A stretch of DNA of 64,000 bases, from the NCBI GenBank assembly GCA_951406725.2, contig OX597822.1, positions 73,718,001-73,782,000 of the forward strand. Reading direction: 5' to 3'. The translations under genes were made by a program, and so were the position numbers. Source of the stretch: Octopus vulgaris. Lineage: Eukaryota. The first letter of the stretch is position 1, and every line of letters begins with the position of its first letter. The notes below the pieces were generated by a model. It worked only from the letters and a program-made list of their open reading frames with translations. It made no database searches and had not been told where the DNA came from. Positions 14,385 to 30,094 of this stretch are shown piece by piece.

Positions 14385-15256
14385 ACCAAATATATATATA
14401 TATTTATATATATATATATATACATATGTTGAGACATACATACTAACATACACACATATATACATACTTATAAAGACAAACATAAGTTACGAGCGTACAG
14501 GGCGCTATACAATCCTATACGAATCGTATCACACCACGTAAGATCATGCCCAACTGTGCCATTCTGCATCACATCACACCTCACTTCATCTCACCTACCA
14601 CACCATATCATGGACTTTATCATTCTCACTTTTTTATGTTTTTACTTTCATCTTCCCTACTAGAGAACCTGAAGCCAGGTAAACAAAACATTTTCCTTCA
14701 ACTTCCCAGATGTCTTGCTTCTAATGCAAACATTATCTACAGATGCCGTGCTCTCTGATCCATGTTCTAACCATCTTTGTTCCAGTAGCATCCTTTCGTA
14801 CACACCTTCTTTTCTATCCTAATTCGATAAGTATCTATCATCTTGACCTTATTTTTTTTTTACATATCTTCTTCTTTGACCTTTTCCCCAGCGTATTCTT
14901 CAATCCTTCACATCAAAACGCCTTTTTATCAGAGCGTTGGGGAAAAATGTACTGGCAACATGGTCGAATAGATAAGGTATTGGACTATAAAACCCAGAGA
15001 TCCTGATTTCAGATGTGTTGCTGGAGTTTCGTTGTGTTACTGCTCAGAGAAAAATACTTTTGTCCCATTGGTTTGTCAGATAAATTCGTTCGTTTTTTTT
15101 CTTTTCATTTATTTTAATCCTTATTCTTTATCAACAATTTTAAAAATTCAAGCAATGATATATCCTCCATCAGGCTTCCTGACAGCGTTCCACTAGCTCA
15201 GTGGCTTTCAACTGAAATTCATATAAGCCTTGGTGCTCCATATAAGATTATATTAA

Positions 15257-15552
15257 TTTTTTTTTTTGTTCCTTCTCGAGCCATCCCTGGCTCATAAAGG
15301 CCGCTTTCCCGGTTTCCTTGGCGTATAGCTTCCCCACCTGGACGGGGCGCCGGTCCGTCGCAGGTGAGCTGCTAGATGCAGGAGGAAAGAGTGAGAGAAA
15401 GTTGTGGCGAAAGAGTCAGCAGAAGTTCGCTTCTGCCGGAGCAGTGTGGAGTTAGGTGTTTCGCTCATAAACACATATCGCCCGGTCTGAGATTCGAACC
15501 CGCGATCACTCGACCGCGACTCCGCTGCTCTAACCACTAGGCCATGTGCCTC
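15257..15552 (-). mobile_element. SINE family D, tail variant 1 (possibly Octopus OR-type)
   Basis: Head gaggcacatggcctagtggttagagcagcggagtcgcggtcg...ggttcgaatc, tail with gcgacggaccggcgccccgtccagg, and poly(A). Confidence 0.8.
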
Positions 15553-15680
15553 GACTTATTAAAATTTATGTACAGTAAATTGCTTATATTTCTACAATAC
15601 ACAAAATATTAAAAATTCTATTTTTTACACATTTCCTAATATTCAATTATAAAGCTATAGTAATTTTTTTTTGTTATATA

Positions 15681-15908
15681 GGTGCAGAAGTGGTTGTGTG
15701 GTAAGAAGCTTGCTTCCCAACCACATGGTTCCGGGTTCAGTCCCACTGCGTGGAACCTTACGCAAGTGTCTTCTACTATAGCGAAAAGCGATAGAGTAAG
15801 TACCAGGCTTACGAAGATATAAGTACTGGGGTCGATTTCATCGACTAAAGGCGGTGCTCCAGCATGGCCGCGGTCAAATGACTGAAACAAGCAAAACAAT
15901 AAAAGAAT
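15681..15908 (+). mobile_element. SINE family A, central part deleted
   Basis: The head joins directly to the 3' end, with no internal microsatellite. Confidence 0.8.
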
Positions 15909-16009
15909 ACATAGAATGGTTATGGGGCTCAAGAAGAGTAAAATAGGAATCAAAAAGGGGGCCATAGGCAGAAATGGTTGAGAATCGCTGCCCTAAGCTT
16001 GTCAATGCC

Positions 16010-16690
16010 TGGCGGTAGATACTACTGGATGCTGATTTGAAGAATTCACTACGCTATATTTTTCAGCTCCCTGTCGTTGTTGAGCTGAGAAATATAGCTT
16101 GAATTCGTCTGGCCACTGGGGACCCTATAGAAGCCCTCTCGCGTCACAACCTTTCTTCCGGAAGACGAAGCGCTTTATCTACAACGCATCGGCACTCTCC
16201 ATCCTCCTCTATGAAGCAGAAACGTGGTCTCACTTGAAGACTCCAACAAAGGGTCAACAGCTTCGATAGCAGAGCCGTGAGAACCTTTGAGAACACCAGA
16301 TGGTACCATCACGTTTAGAACAGAAAACTTCGAACGCGTACGCATCAGGCCGCAGCTTCCCATCTCATAGCTATCCGTTGTATGCACTGGCATGGACATG
16401 TCCTCCGTCTCTCGCTAGATCATCCTACCAGGGCTTTAGTCTCATTCGAGGTGAGCAGCCGCGGGCTGGAAGAAGCTTCGTGGCAGGCCCCTCACCAGAT
16501 GGTTAGACGTAATCAAGGAAGAACTCCAGAAGTCCGGCGTCACCTAGGAAGATGCAGAGGGGTTAGCAGAGAACCGCCAGCGATGGAAAGCACTGGTGGA
16601 CCCGGTCGGCTCTACGCATTATGACGTCTCTGAGACCACTCACCTTGGATGACCCCAGCCCTCTCAAACAAGAGCATGAAGCATTCAAGC
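16010..16690 (+). mobile_element. RTE-clade LINE 3' fragment (degenerate RT C-terminus)
   Basis: Frameshifted motifs KRFIYNASALSILLYEAETW, WHGHVLRL, RGRPLTRWLDVIKEEL and AENRQRWKALV are typical of RTE/BovB ORF ends. Confidence 0.8.
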
Positions 16691-17095
16691 AAGCTAGAAG
16701 ATGTTTTTTTTCTTTTTAATAAAACACCTCACAAACTGTTGTAGAGCAACGAAACAGGTAATAATCTGAAGGCGTTATATCAGAATAAGGTGAGTGCGGT
16801 TCATGTAGTTGTTGTCAATAGGCATCAGATTACTTTGAAGTATTACCTACGAAAGAATATACAATCTTTCCATGGGGTCATGGAGTAGTTTGTTATTTAT
16901 CCATTTACTGCCATGAAGGAGGTCCAGATATACTAGTCATGGCGTACAGAGACCAACTAGGCAGAAGAGCACTTAACACTTACTAATCCTGCACTTTCTT
17001 CTCCAGATATTCTCATGAGGAAGCAGACGACATATGGTACCTTCAACAACATCTACATTTCTAACGACCCCATTCTCTGTCTCTTTCTCCCCCAC

Positions 17096-17133
<38 letters not shown>

Positions 17134-17761
17134 GCATGAATTTCGATTCCAGTTCATAGTAGAGAGATTCTGTAATTTCAATTTCTTCAGTTTCCAAAAG
17201 AAAACTACCTGCACAGCTGTGTTTGTGCACTACGGATCAGCTATACTAACCAATTCCAAGACCGCCTACATACGGAACGAAATGACCGCATAAACATCGG
17301 ATGCAACCAAGTAGGAGGTAAAACTGGGATGAACCGAAAACACCAAGCGATTCTAAAAGGTACTTAAAGAATAACGACTACCCAGCTTCTTTTGCCAGAC
17401 ACCCAGCCGGTAATAAAATGTTCGAAAAGTTGAACTTCTCCAACAACAACACTGGTTTACAAAAGCTATCGCACTTTCGTGATAGCATTGCTGCAGTAAT
17501 AAGCCAAATGATCTTTAGGAAGTTACTGGAAATAAAGACGGTTCACTTCCCTCCAGAAATGTCAGACAGAGAATTGGCTTCTCCAGACTGCAATACTTTA
17601 TGCACAATAGGCAACTTAGTCAACATGATGGACATGTACTTTCAAGTCTGCGAGTTGCAGCAACACGGTTTCGTTCTCGCATTGAAGCAGTCATCGAAGC
17701 AGAAGGCGGTTTCATAGAATAATTTGATTTAAAAAATCATAATGAAATCTAATTACACAAA

Positions 17762-17902
17762 GGTGCAGGAGTGGCTGTGTGGTAAGTAGCTTGCTATGGT
17801 CCTACTGCATGGCACCTTGGGCAAGTGTCTTCTACTATAGCCTCGGGCCGACCAAAGCCTTATGAGTGGATTTGGTAGACGGAAATTGGAAGAAGCCCGT
17901 CG

Positions 17903-17948
<46 letters not shown>

Positions 17949-18170
17949 TGTGTATATGTTTGTGTGTCTGTGCTTGTTTCCCCAACATCGCTTGACAACC
18001 GGTGCTGTTTGTTTACGTCCCCGTAACGTAGCGGTTTACCAAAAGATACTGATAGAATAAGTACTAGGCTCATAAAGAATAGGCTCTGGGGTCGATTTGT
18101 TCGACTAAAGGTGGTACTCCAGCATGACCGCAGTCAAATGACTGAAACAAGTAAAAGAGTAAAAAGAGTA
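17762..18170 (+). mobile_element. SINE family A, full length
   Basis: Head, central (TA)n tract, 3' (gtaaaaga)n tail. Confidence 0.9.
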
Positions 18171-18900
18171 AATACATATTTATGCTGTAATATAGCTGTT
18201 TTATTGTACACCAAAACTGTCCTCAAATACCCCTCGCACTCTGTATATATAATCATATATATATATATTCCTAGGTTCAGGATTCTCTTTCCCAAAAGCT
18301 AGTAGACCACATACTGATGTTCTCATTGACATTGACATATTTCTATAAGATCCGCTTTCGTATAAAATCTACCATTTTATATTTTTCAATAACATTTATT
18401 CTTGTTTTATTTTATTTTACTTTGAAATACTTTTATTCATATTTTTTAAGGAAACGATAATAAATTAATCACCTCTCTAAATGCAGCTGATCGCAATCAA
18501 GGAAATAAGTAGGCCTAAGTCGTATGGAATAAACCGCCCCTCACATCTCTCCCGCTTCAACCGTTTGTAATGCCCCAGCTTTTATACAACGGATAGGAGC
18601 GCAATATAATCTTTACTGTTTAATAATACTTAACGGTGAGATAGCTTGTAATATCCATAAATCCTATGGCGCCGATTCAGGTGCTCTATGTGCGTTGGGG
18701 TGGTGGGTGTATCTATATTCGCGCGCGACGGTATGCATTTGTGTGTGTGTGTATTGGCTCTTTGTTTGTGAGTGTGTGCGCGTGTGTTTGTCTATATACA
18801 TATATATGCATATATACATGTATATATACATACATATATACATATATATTTATATCTGTATCTATCTATCTATCTACCTACCTACCTACCTACCTACCTA

Positions 18901-18934
<34 letters not shown>

Positions 18935-18975
18935 TATATGTATATATACACACATGCAAACACATACACATACAC

Positions 18976-19034
<59 letters not shown>

Positions 19035-19249
19035 GTGTGTGTGTGTGGTAAGGAGTTTGCTTCGCAACCACATGGTTCCAAGTTCAGTCCCGCTACTTGA
19101 CAACTTGGGCAAGCGTCTTCTACTAAAGTATCGGGCTGACCAAAGCCTTTTGAGTGGATAAAGTTAGTAGATTAAAGCATGGTATATATGCGCGTGCGCG
19201 TGTGTGTGTGCGTGCCTGCGCGTGTGTATGCACATAGAGATGAGTGATA

Positions 19250-20103
<854 letters not shown>

Positions 20104-20655
20104 GGGGAGGAACAGGCAGAAAAGCGGAAAGAAAATAGGGAAATGCGAGACAGAGAATAGAAATGGCATCAGTTTTAAATGCAGGAACTTAGTACATTGA
20201 TGCGACTGTACAAACTCATAACCCTTTGATTGTACAAATATTCAAAGGATGCGTTAAATGCATAGAAACAAACCCATTTTTAAGACATCCTTCGGTCATG
20301 CGAAATTATGAGAGTTTCATTTCAAAATGGAGGTTTTGCCTGTCTATATAACACTGCACGTGCGCACGTATGTGTGTGTGTGTGTATGTGTGTGTGTGTG
20401 TGTGTGTGTGAATGCATGAAGGAAGCGAAAATGTCCTAGGAGCAATATGCCAGTGGTATGTATTGGGACAACAAAGACTAACAAGAACTGGCTGGGTGGT
20501 TAAGGCTGCTCGCTTTGCAACCGCGTGGCTTCAGGTATAGTCCCACTACGCAGCAGCTTAGGCAAGCATCTTCTACTATATGCGTGTGCGTATATATATA
20601 TATATATACATACATATATATATATATTATATTCGTGTATATATATATTATATAC

Positions 20656-20708
<53 letters not shown>

Positions 20709-20732
20709 ATATACATATATATATGTACATGC

Positions 20733-20767
<35 letters not shown>

Positions 20768-21377
20768 TAAATACATAGACATATATATATACATACACAC
20801 ACATATATATATCCTATACATATGTATGTACACATACGCACATACGTTTATTCAAACATACATACGTATATCGAAAGGAGGATATATAATTAAAACTTCA
20901 AACGGTTTTAAAAACAGCATTAAATAGTTTCAAGGTATAGGATCTTTTGACTGATCCTCAGTAAAATATTAAGAGATTTACGGACGAAAGAGGCAAAGGA
21001 AGGGAGAGGGGGGACGAGGGGGGACGAGGGACGAGGGACGAGGGAGAGCTAGAAAAATAGAGAGAAGCAGTATAAAGGAATAGCATTTAAAAGGGGATAC
21101 GTAACATGGTGAATAGAGTGTAGGAGGATGTAGGTAGTAATAAACGGGGGAGAAAATGAAACTTGAATTTTGTCTGGGAGTAGACAGAAACCGGAAAAAG
21201 TGCAGGGGTCGTTATGGCAATGACAAAAACAAAAGCGAAACAGACAGAAAAATGATACGTTCAATTGATAATGTAGAAGTTTCGGAAGTCGCGTTGAAGA
21301 ATCGTGATTTTTTGGTTTAGTCACTAGAATTGCAAACCAAACTCTGATTTATGTGGGTGGTACCTTTTGTGTGATTA

Positions 21378-21413
<36 letters not shown>

Positions 21414-21987
21414 CGTCTATATGTATTTGTGTGTGTCCCCTACCACCGCTTAACAAACGGTGTTGTTTTGTTTACATCCCCCAAAATTGGCAGTTTGGCA
21501 AAAAGCGAATCTAAAAAGAAGTAATGGCATGACAAGAAAATAAATAAGCCTGTATAAGCCTGTATAGGCTTGAGGATCCGGGAGATGGGGTGGTGAATGT
21601 AAGGTCCACCCCGGGTAATACAATCTAGCCACGTTGCTCTGAGTGGAAAAAAAAAAAGAAGTGGGTAGACCAGTAGCTATCAACCATCTTTTTTTTTTTT
21701 TTGCCTATGTACCCCTTTTGTATTTTACTCGGGTGTAGACCTTCATAACCATTCGATGTTTTGAAAAAGATCCTATTATATTTTTATACTTAGTTATTGA
21801 TTTCAAATTTTTGGCACAAGGCCAGCAGTTTTAAAAAGAGAGTCGATTACAGCGACTTCCGTGCTCCACTGATACTTATTTTATCGACCCCGAAAAGAAG
21901 AAAGGCAAAGTCGACCTCAGCACAATTAGAGCTCAGAACATAGAGAAGGACGGAATGCTGCAAAGCATTTTACGCAGCGTGTAAAGT

Positions 21988-22397
21988 GGCACAGGAGTGG
22001 CTGTGTGGTAAGTAGCTTGCTTACCAACCACATGGCTCCGGGTTCAGTCCCACTGCGTGGCACCTTGGGCAAATGTCTTCTGCTATAGCCTCGGGCCGAC
22101 CAAAGCCTTGTGAGTGGATTTGGTAGACGGAAACTGAAAGAAGCCCGTCGTATATATGTATATATATGTGTGTATGTTTGTGTGTTGTGTTTGCCCCCTC
22201 CCCCAACATCGCTTGACAACCGATGCTGGTGTGTTTACGTCCCCGTAACTTAGCGGTTCGGCAAAAGAGACTGATGGAATAAGTACTAGGCTTACAAAGA
22301 ATAAGTCGTGGGCTCGATTTTCTCGACTAAAGGCGGTGCTCCAGCATGGCCACAGTCAAATGACTGAAACAAGTAAATGAATAAATGAAAAAATGAA
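21988..22397 (+). mobile_element. SINE family A, full length, young
   Basis: Nearly identical to 59998-60408. It sits directly after a decayed minus-strand family B copy (21795-21982). Confidence 0.9.
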
Positions 22398-22411
22398 TGT
22401 GTGTGTGATTA

Positions 22412-22447
<36 letters not shown>

Positions 22448-22789
22448 CGTCTATATGTATTTGTGTGTGTCCCCTACCACCGCTTAACAAACGGTGTTGT
22501 TTTGTTTACATCCCCCAAAATTGGCAGTTTGGCAAAAAGCGAATCTAAAAAGAAGTAATGGCATGACAAGAAAATAAATAAATAAAGAGAGAGAAAAAAA
22601 GAAAAAAAGCTGAGATTGATCAACGAGGCTGTGCACCAGCGTGGCCGCAGTCCCATGAATGAAACAACTAAATATATATTTCTTTCTTTCTTTCTTTCTT
22701 TCTTTTTTTCCTTTTTTTTTTCTTTTAGTATGTGGAAGCACACATACATATAAAGCATGATAAATAATAAATAACGTATAAACACCCAC

Positions 22790-22852
<63 letters not shown>

Positions 22853-23219
22853 CACACACACACAAAGCACGAATTTGGTACAGATACAAGAATTTCAAGA
22901 AAAGAAATCACCACTCCTCTGAGAATGAGGTATGTTGTAATGTAGATAAGGGTGTATTCGAGGGAGGATACGACACCTATTTTAAAAGGAGTGTTGCATC
23001 GTACATACAGACACGATGTGTGCGAAGAATTCGTAGCCTAAACTCAAAACAAAGCGCGCTACGCACAGAAACACAGGCGCACGCTCATACGCACATACGC
23101 ACACTAAATAAACAATCTGCCGTCGCCTTTCTACAAGGATGATCGTCGTGAAACATTATACAAACTGTAGGAATGTTAAATCCCACACTTATACATACAT
23201 ACATGCTCGTTATCCACCC

Positions 23220-23272
<53 letters not shown>

Positions 23273-23481
23273 AGACCAAAGTGTACGTACGCCGCTGTAT
23301 GTATATATATATATCAAATATATACATACTTGAAATCTCTTGTCTGTATATTGGTATTCATTCATTCATTCATTCATTCATTCATACATACATGCAGCCA
23401 GACATCCACACATCAATCCGTATGACAATCAAACATACTGCATTACGTTTATATGTGTGTGCGTGCGTGCGTGTGTGTGTG

Positions 23482-23537
<56 letters not shown>

Positions 23538-23589
23538 CATACATACACACATACATACATACATACATGCATACATACATACATACATG

Positions 23590-23985
23590 GTGGCTGCCCC
23601 CTCGTTATCAATGTTGTTAGCATGCAATGCCTGTGCAAGAAGTTTTTTTTTTAAGTGAGGAAAGGCTGTGCACTGAGTCAATCCCACTCACTAGGCAACA
23701 GCAGCCATAATCCGAAAAGAAGAACAAGTCAACATCATCGGTAACCACTGAGCCGCAGGTTTTATGTCGGAGTTATCCCAGTTACCTGAGTTACCTTCTC
23801 CTAGAAGGATGCCCTAACAAAGGCTAGGAGTCCTTCACTCCCAATGGTTTAACCACGCGATCGGGTATTCAGTCCGATTATTTCTATGTACCCGCGCATG
23901 ATACAGCCTTAAGACATTTATTGGATGGCCGTTGACTCTCAAGAGTTCCTCCGCCCTTTGACGGGTTTTGATTTTCATCCCTCCT
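23590..23985 (-). mobile_element. probable RTE-type 5' UTR-derived fragment
   Basis: Minus-strand gggcatccttctaggagaaggtaactc...aaacctgcggct resembles a motif I recall from RTE 5' UTRs and RTE-dependent SINEs; not verified. Confidence 0.4.
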
Positions 23986-23994
23986 CACCATAAT

Positions 23995-24672
<678 letters not shown>

Positions 24673-25612
24673 CCGGAAATCTGCAATGGCTCCATAACTA
24701 CCGTCCTGCCTATAACATTGGAGCACCAGTAATCCGTTACGGCACTTACCCAGCGTAACTAATCGTTGAGATCACCTGTGAACTAAACCCCCATAATTTG
24801 TGTGTGTGTGTGTGTGTGTGTGTGTATAGATACACACAGAAAATGAATTGGGTTTAAAATTTACTATAGCTTTTAAATCCTATTTGTGTTCTTTTTACAC
24901 CTACGTCGCCCTTGGAACCAAACCTGAATCGAATCTGCTGTTTAAATTGGATTTTATTCCCACATAACTGTGACCAACGCATGATGCCGCATGGTTGTTT
25001 AACCTCCCTGAAAGCCCTGTGTTATGGGTACCTAGTAATTTCTGGCGTCGTACGTGCTAATGCGCCTAAATTCTAATGGATCTTGTAACTAATAATACGT
25101 AAACACAATGTAGTCAGCGGCATGAATGGAGACATTAACACTAAGTCGAATAAAGGGGACATTCAACCTAAGGAGACATTCAACCCAAAGGGACATCCAA
25201 CCCAATGCAAATTCTTTAGTTATCAAAGTCATCTTCGTTTCGTGATATGAGTTCAGATGACTGAAGTTTCACGTCTTATACACCACAAAAACGAAAAGCG
25301 ATCGGATGCAGTTGCACTCCGCCTTTTCTACATGTTACATAAGATGAATATACTGAACAGGCTGCAATTAATTGTTGCCAACGCGCTTGGTACATAGAGA
25401 CCGCTGCAACCAGAAGCCTGCTGCTTGTTAAAGAAGTTCGAGTGATGAATTTACACTGAATTTGGAGAAGTATACAAAGGCCGCAGAGTGAAGCGGACTG
25501 TAAGAAATACGATGTCGTTTGTTGTACAGAAAGTTAATCAAAAAGTTCTATTACTGGTAAAACTATTTATAGGAACTGTAATGTGTATTGAACTAACTCC
25601 ACTTTTTCAAAC

Positions 25613-25912
25613 CGTTAGTGATTAGAGTATTCGGTTCACGATCGTAACGTCGTGTGTTCAATTCCCAGTGATGCGTCATGTCCGTGAACAAGGCGCTTTA
25701 TTTCGTGTTGCTCCAGGCCACTTAGCTGGCAACTCATGTATTTCAAAAAGTCAGCCTTGTCACATTCTGTGTAACGCTTAATCTCCCTGAGAAATACATT
25801 AAGGGCACGCGTGCCTGAGGAGTGTTCAGCCACTGGCACGTGAATTTCACGAGCAGGCTGTTCCGTTGATCAGATCAATTGGAACATTCGTCGTCGTAAC
25901 TGACGGAGTACC
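25613..25912 (+). mobile_element. SINE family C
   Basis: Matches 10618-10930. Confidence 0.85.
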
Positions 25913-26015
25913 AGTTATTTTTTTTACATATCAATACATACGTGTGTGCGTGTGTGTGTGCGTGTGTGTGTACACACACATACACACACACATACATACA
26001 TACATACATACATAT

Positions 26016-26326
26016 ATCACCGTGATCACCGTGATCGACCAGGCTATTAGATGTTGCTACACATCGCTGGTCACAATGCGCTTCGCTTTGTTTTAGCCTT
26101 CAAATGACGCCACCCCGCTGGCTAAGCGAGCAGGCCAACAGAAGAAAGAGTGAAAGAAAGTTGTAGCAAAAGAGTACAGCAGGGATCGCCACCATCCCCT
26201 GCCGGAGCATCGTGGAGCTTTAGGTGTTTTCGCTCAATAAACACTCACAACGCCTGGTCTGGGAATCGAAACCGCGATCCTACGACCGCGAGTCCGCTGC
26301 TCTAACCACTGGGCCATTGCGCCTCC
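26016..26326 (-). mobile_element. SINE family D, tail variant 2
   Basis: Same head as 15257-15552 (ggaggcgcaatggcccagtggttagagcagcggactcgcgg), with a different tail ending (gatcacggt)2. Confidence 0.85.
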
Positions 26327-26630
26327 ACACATATATATATATGTGTATATATTCCAGAGAGTGACAGGTTCATTAGAAGCTATGTCTGGTCACTTAGATT
26401 CTCAAAGACATACACACATACATATATGTGTGTGTATGTGTGTGTGTGTGTATGAAAAATAAGGATAAACACAAGTTAATATTAAGGTTCCTCGGGGCAT
26501 CTCACATCATGGTTGTTTGGATCCCTGCGATAGATAACTATAACAGAGCCTGAAGGATAATCAAATCTATATATATATATAGGTTTGGTGAAAGAAGCAG
26601 GAAAAAACAAAACACAAAACATGAAAAAAA

Positions 26631-26682
<52 letters not shown>

Positions 26683-26685
<3 letters not shown>

Positions 26686-26848
26686 AGTGGTTGTGTGGTA
26701 AGTAGCTTGTTTACCAACCACATGGTTCCGGGTTCAGTCCCACTGCGTGGCACCTTGGGCAAGTGTCTTCTGCTATAGCCTCGGGTCGACCAAAGCCTTG
26801 TGAGTGGATTTGGTAGACGGAAACTGAAAGAAGCCCGTCGTATATATG

Positions 26849-26898
<50 letters not shown>

Positions 26899-27090
26899 TG
26901 TGTGTGTTTGTGTGACAACCGATGCTGGTGTGTTTATATCCCCGTTACTTAGCGGTTCGGCAAAAGAGATCGATAGAATAAGTACTGGGCTTACAAAAGA
27001 ATAAGTCCCGGGATCGAGTTGCTCGATTAAAGGCGGTGCTCCAGCATGGCGGCAGCCATATGACTGAAACAAGTAAAAGAGTAAAAGAGT
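26683..27090 (+). mobile_element. SINE family A
   Basis: Head, central (TA)n tract, 3' tail. Confidence 0.9.
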
Positions 27091-27675
27091 ATATATATAT
27101 ATATATATATCCCTAAGCAGGTATATGCTCCAACATGGCCACAGTCCAATGAGAGAAACAAATAGATGAATAAAAGAATATGTATATGAGACAGTGAGAT
27201 GGAGATAAAGAGTGGGAGAGAGAGGGGTGGAGGTGAAATAGGCGATACAGAAAGAAAAGTTAGCAAATGTCAAGGAGTAAGGATGGAGGACGGAGATTGG
27301 CGGAAACATTCGAAGATCAGCGGAGTTTGTTCTCTGTAATTTAAGAGATCAGCTGGCGAGAATGTGAATGAGGTGGAGGTGGGGGGGACAGTCGAAGATA
27401 GAGTAGTGCCGTAGTGATGAGGCTAATGATGATGATAATGGTGATGGTGATGGTGGTGGTGTTGTTGTGGTGTGGAGCAGTTCTGAGTGGGGGGGGGGGG
27501 TAGAGCCAGAGTAAAATACGAATAAAACACAGAGAAGAATATAAAAGAAAAATACCGACGAGGCCATTTTGGGTTTCACAGAAGCGGTTAAGAAAACATG
27601 TTAAGATAACGGAGCAATGAAATGACAGCTTCCTATTTTTTACTCTCTCTTCATCTCTCTCTCTCTCTCTCAGTT

Positions 27676-27734
<59 letters not shown>

Positions 27735-27849
27735 CTCTCTTCCTTCGTTTCTTTCTTTCTCTCTCTCTTTCTTTCTTACTCTCTCTCTCTTTCTTTCTTT
27801 CTCTCTCTCTCTACCACCATATTGCTCTTTTATTTTTTTTCACATCAAC

Positions 27850-27949
27850 GATGCTGTTGCTGCTGCTACTACTACTATTACTACTACTACTACTGCTGCT
27901 ACTACTACTGCTGCTGCTGCTGCTGCTACTATTACTACTACTATTACTG

Positions 27950-27993
<44 letters not shown>

Positions 27994-27994
27994 G

Positions 27995-28035
<41 letters not shown>

Positions 28036-28113
28036 GCTACTACTACCACCACTACCACTGCTACTGCTAGTACTGCTGCTGCTACTACTACTACTATTAC
28101 TACTACTATTACA

Positions 28114-28147
<34 letters not shown>

Positions 28148-28220
28148 CCACCACCACTACCACTGCTGCTGCTGCTACTACTACTACTATTACAACAACT
28201 GCTATACTATTACCACTACT
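27850..28220. repeat. (TAC)n/(TGC)n trinucleotide tract
   Basis: Directly visible; it produces the spurious poly-Thr/Leu/Tyr/Val ORFs. Confidence 0.95.
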
Positions 28221-28620
28221 ACTAAGAGAAGAAAAATAACAGCAATAATAACAACAACAACAACAAAAATAATAATAATGGTTTCAAGCTTGGGCACAAG
28301 GTACTTATTTTATTGACCCCGAAAGGATGAAAAGTAAAGTCGACCTCGGTGGAATTTGAACTCAGGCTTATAAAGACGGGCGAAATGCCGATAAGTGTTT
28401 TGTCTGGCATAAATAAAAAAAGAAAAAGAAAAACGGACACTACAGCACAAGGGACAAATGGGGGCTTAGCACAAAACTTCCTGTATAAAATTGAAACAAG
28501 ATCAATTAACAACAATAATAATGATTTCTTTTATTTGCCACCAGGGCGAAGGATGAGGGGAGTGCAATGCAAAGCCAGACATAAAATAATAATAACAACA
28601 ACAACAACAATAACAATAAC

Positions 28621-28706
<86 letters not shown>

Positions 28707-28723
28707 CAACAACAACAACAACA

Positions 28724-29190
28724 ACAGAAAAAAGATGGTATAGACACACGCCAGAAAAGGTCACAGAAAACGAGAAAGCAACCATACTCTGGGATATGCC
28801 AATACACACAGATAGAGAAATTAAGACCAATAGGCCAGATATAGTTGTCAGAGATCATGAAGAAAACAAATGCTTTCTGATTGATGTATCAATACCAGCA
28901 GATGACAACGTTTCTCTAAAAGAAATGGAGAAACTTTCAAAATACAAAGACCAGGAAATAGAGGTAACACGAATGTGGAATCTAAAAACAGAAACAATTC
29001 CTATCATATTGGCGCATTAGGTGTGATAAAAAAATATTTAGACAAATACATAACAAAAACACCAGGACTTACAAATATATATAACATACAGAAAATTGTA
29101 CTACTGGGCACTGCACACATACTACGCAAAAAAACAATACAGTAAGAGCATCACAGCAAACCATAGCACATACCCAAGGTATACACAAGG
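28724..29190 (+). mobile_element. R4/Dong-clade LINE 3' fragment (restriction-like endonuclease domain)
   Basis: ILWDMPIHTDREIKTNRPDIVVRD...FLIDVSIP...KEMEKLSKYKD...IPII, frameshifted to GALG. It begins directly after a (TAA)n/(CAA)n tract. Confidence 0.9.
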
Positions 29191-29786
29191 AAAATTTATT
29201 TTCCATTCAGAGCATAACTAAATCTTCAATGGAGATTGTTCTGAGATTTTACTGTCTCTCCTATACTAGTACTGTTTTAAATTTAAGAAAGGACTTAATA
29301 ACGTTTTGGCGATCGAGCCCTTGTATACCTTGTTTAACGTTCAGTAAAATGGTGAAAGCGTTAGAGCGTTGGAAAAAAAAGTGTTTTGCAGCATTTGTTC
29401 CAGGTTTTGGTGCTCTGGGTTTAAATGAGGCCAAGAGCAACTTTGTATTTCATCCTTTCTCTAGCTAGCTACTGTCCATCCTGATTGCGAAAGCTATGAC
29501 CAAAGACGTATCATAACCGTGTCCATTAAGTAATTTCTAATAGCAGTAATGTGGGATTACAGAGAGATTTAGCCGCTATTTTTAGCAGAACGGGACCACA
29601 TTAAAGTTATTTCATTGTTCCGTTGATCACAGATCCATATTAATGCTCATCTGAGGTATTTCCTTATCATAAAACGCTTTAGATTGGATTGTTTGTGTAT
29701 GTGTGTGAGATGAAAGGAAACAGAGCTCTCTCTCTCTCTCTCACTCCCTCTCCCTCTCCTTCCCTTCCTACTCTTCCTCTCCCTTC

Positions 29787-29819
<33 letters not shown>

Positions 29820-29995
29820 TTCTCGCTTACTCTCTGGTTCCTGTAAAATAAAAGACTCAAACTTAAAATGGAATCTCTAAAATTGAAGACTCAATTCATA
29901 GAATGTAGCTCAGCTGTAGTAAAGACTGCTACCCTTGCCTCACAAACTCATAACATATACAGACATAAACATACATATACACATACATACATACA

Positions 29996-30029
<34 letters not shown>

Positions 30030-30063
30030 CATACATACATACATACATACATACATACATACA

Positions 30064-30094
<31 letters not shown>

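Noticed and set aside
17290-17720. 99-aa ORF as a host exon
   Set aside because: It has no recognisable domain and lies among decayed LINE-like sequence; probably an old transposon remnant.
20915-20970. Hammerhead-like ctgagga...gaaac on the minus strand (also gaaaccggtc near 61645)
   Set aside because: I could not draw convincing stems I and II; too decayed to call.
25155-25205. CRISPR-like short repeats (gacattcaacc x3; also acacataaagat x4 at 52695-52830)
   Set aside because: There are no unique spacers, no cas genes, and the context is eukaryotic. These are minisatellite or transposon subterminal repeats.
27622-28239. Thr-rich mucin-like ORF
   Set aside because: It is a (TAC)n/(TGC)n tract preceded by (TTTC)n and is open in several frames on both strands.
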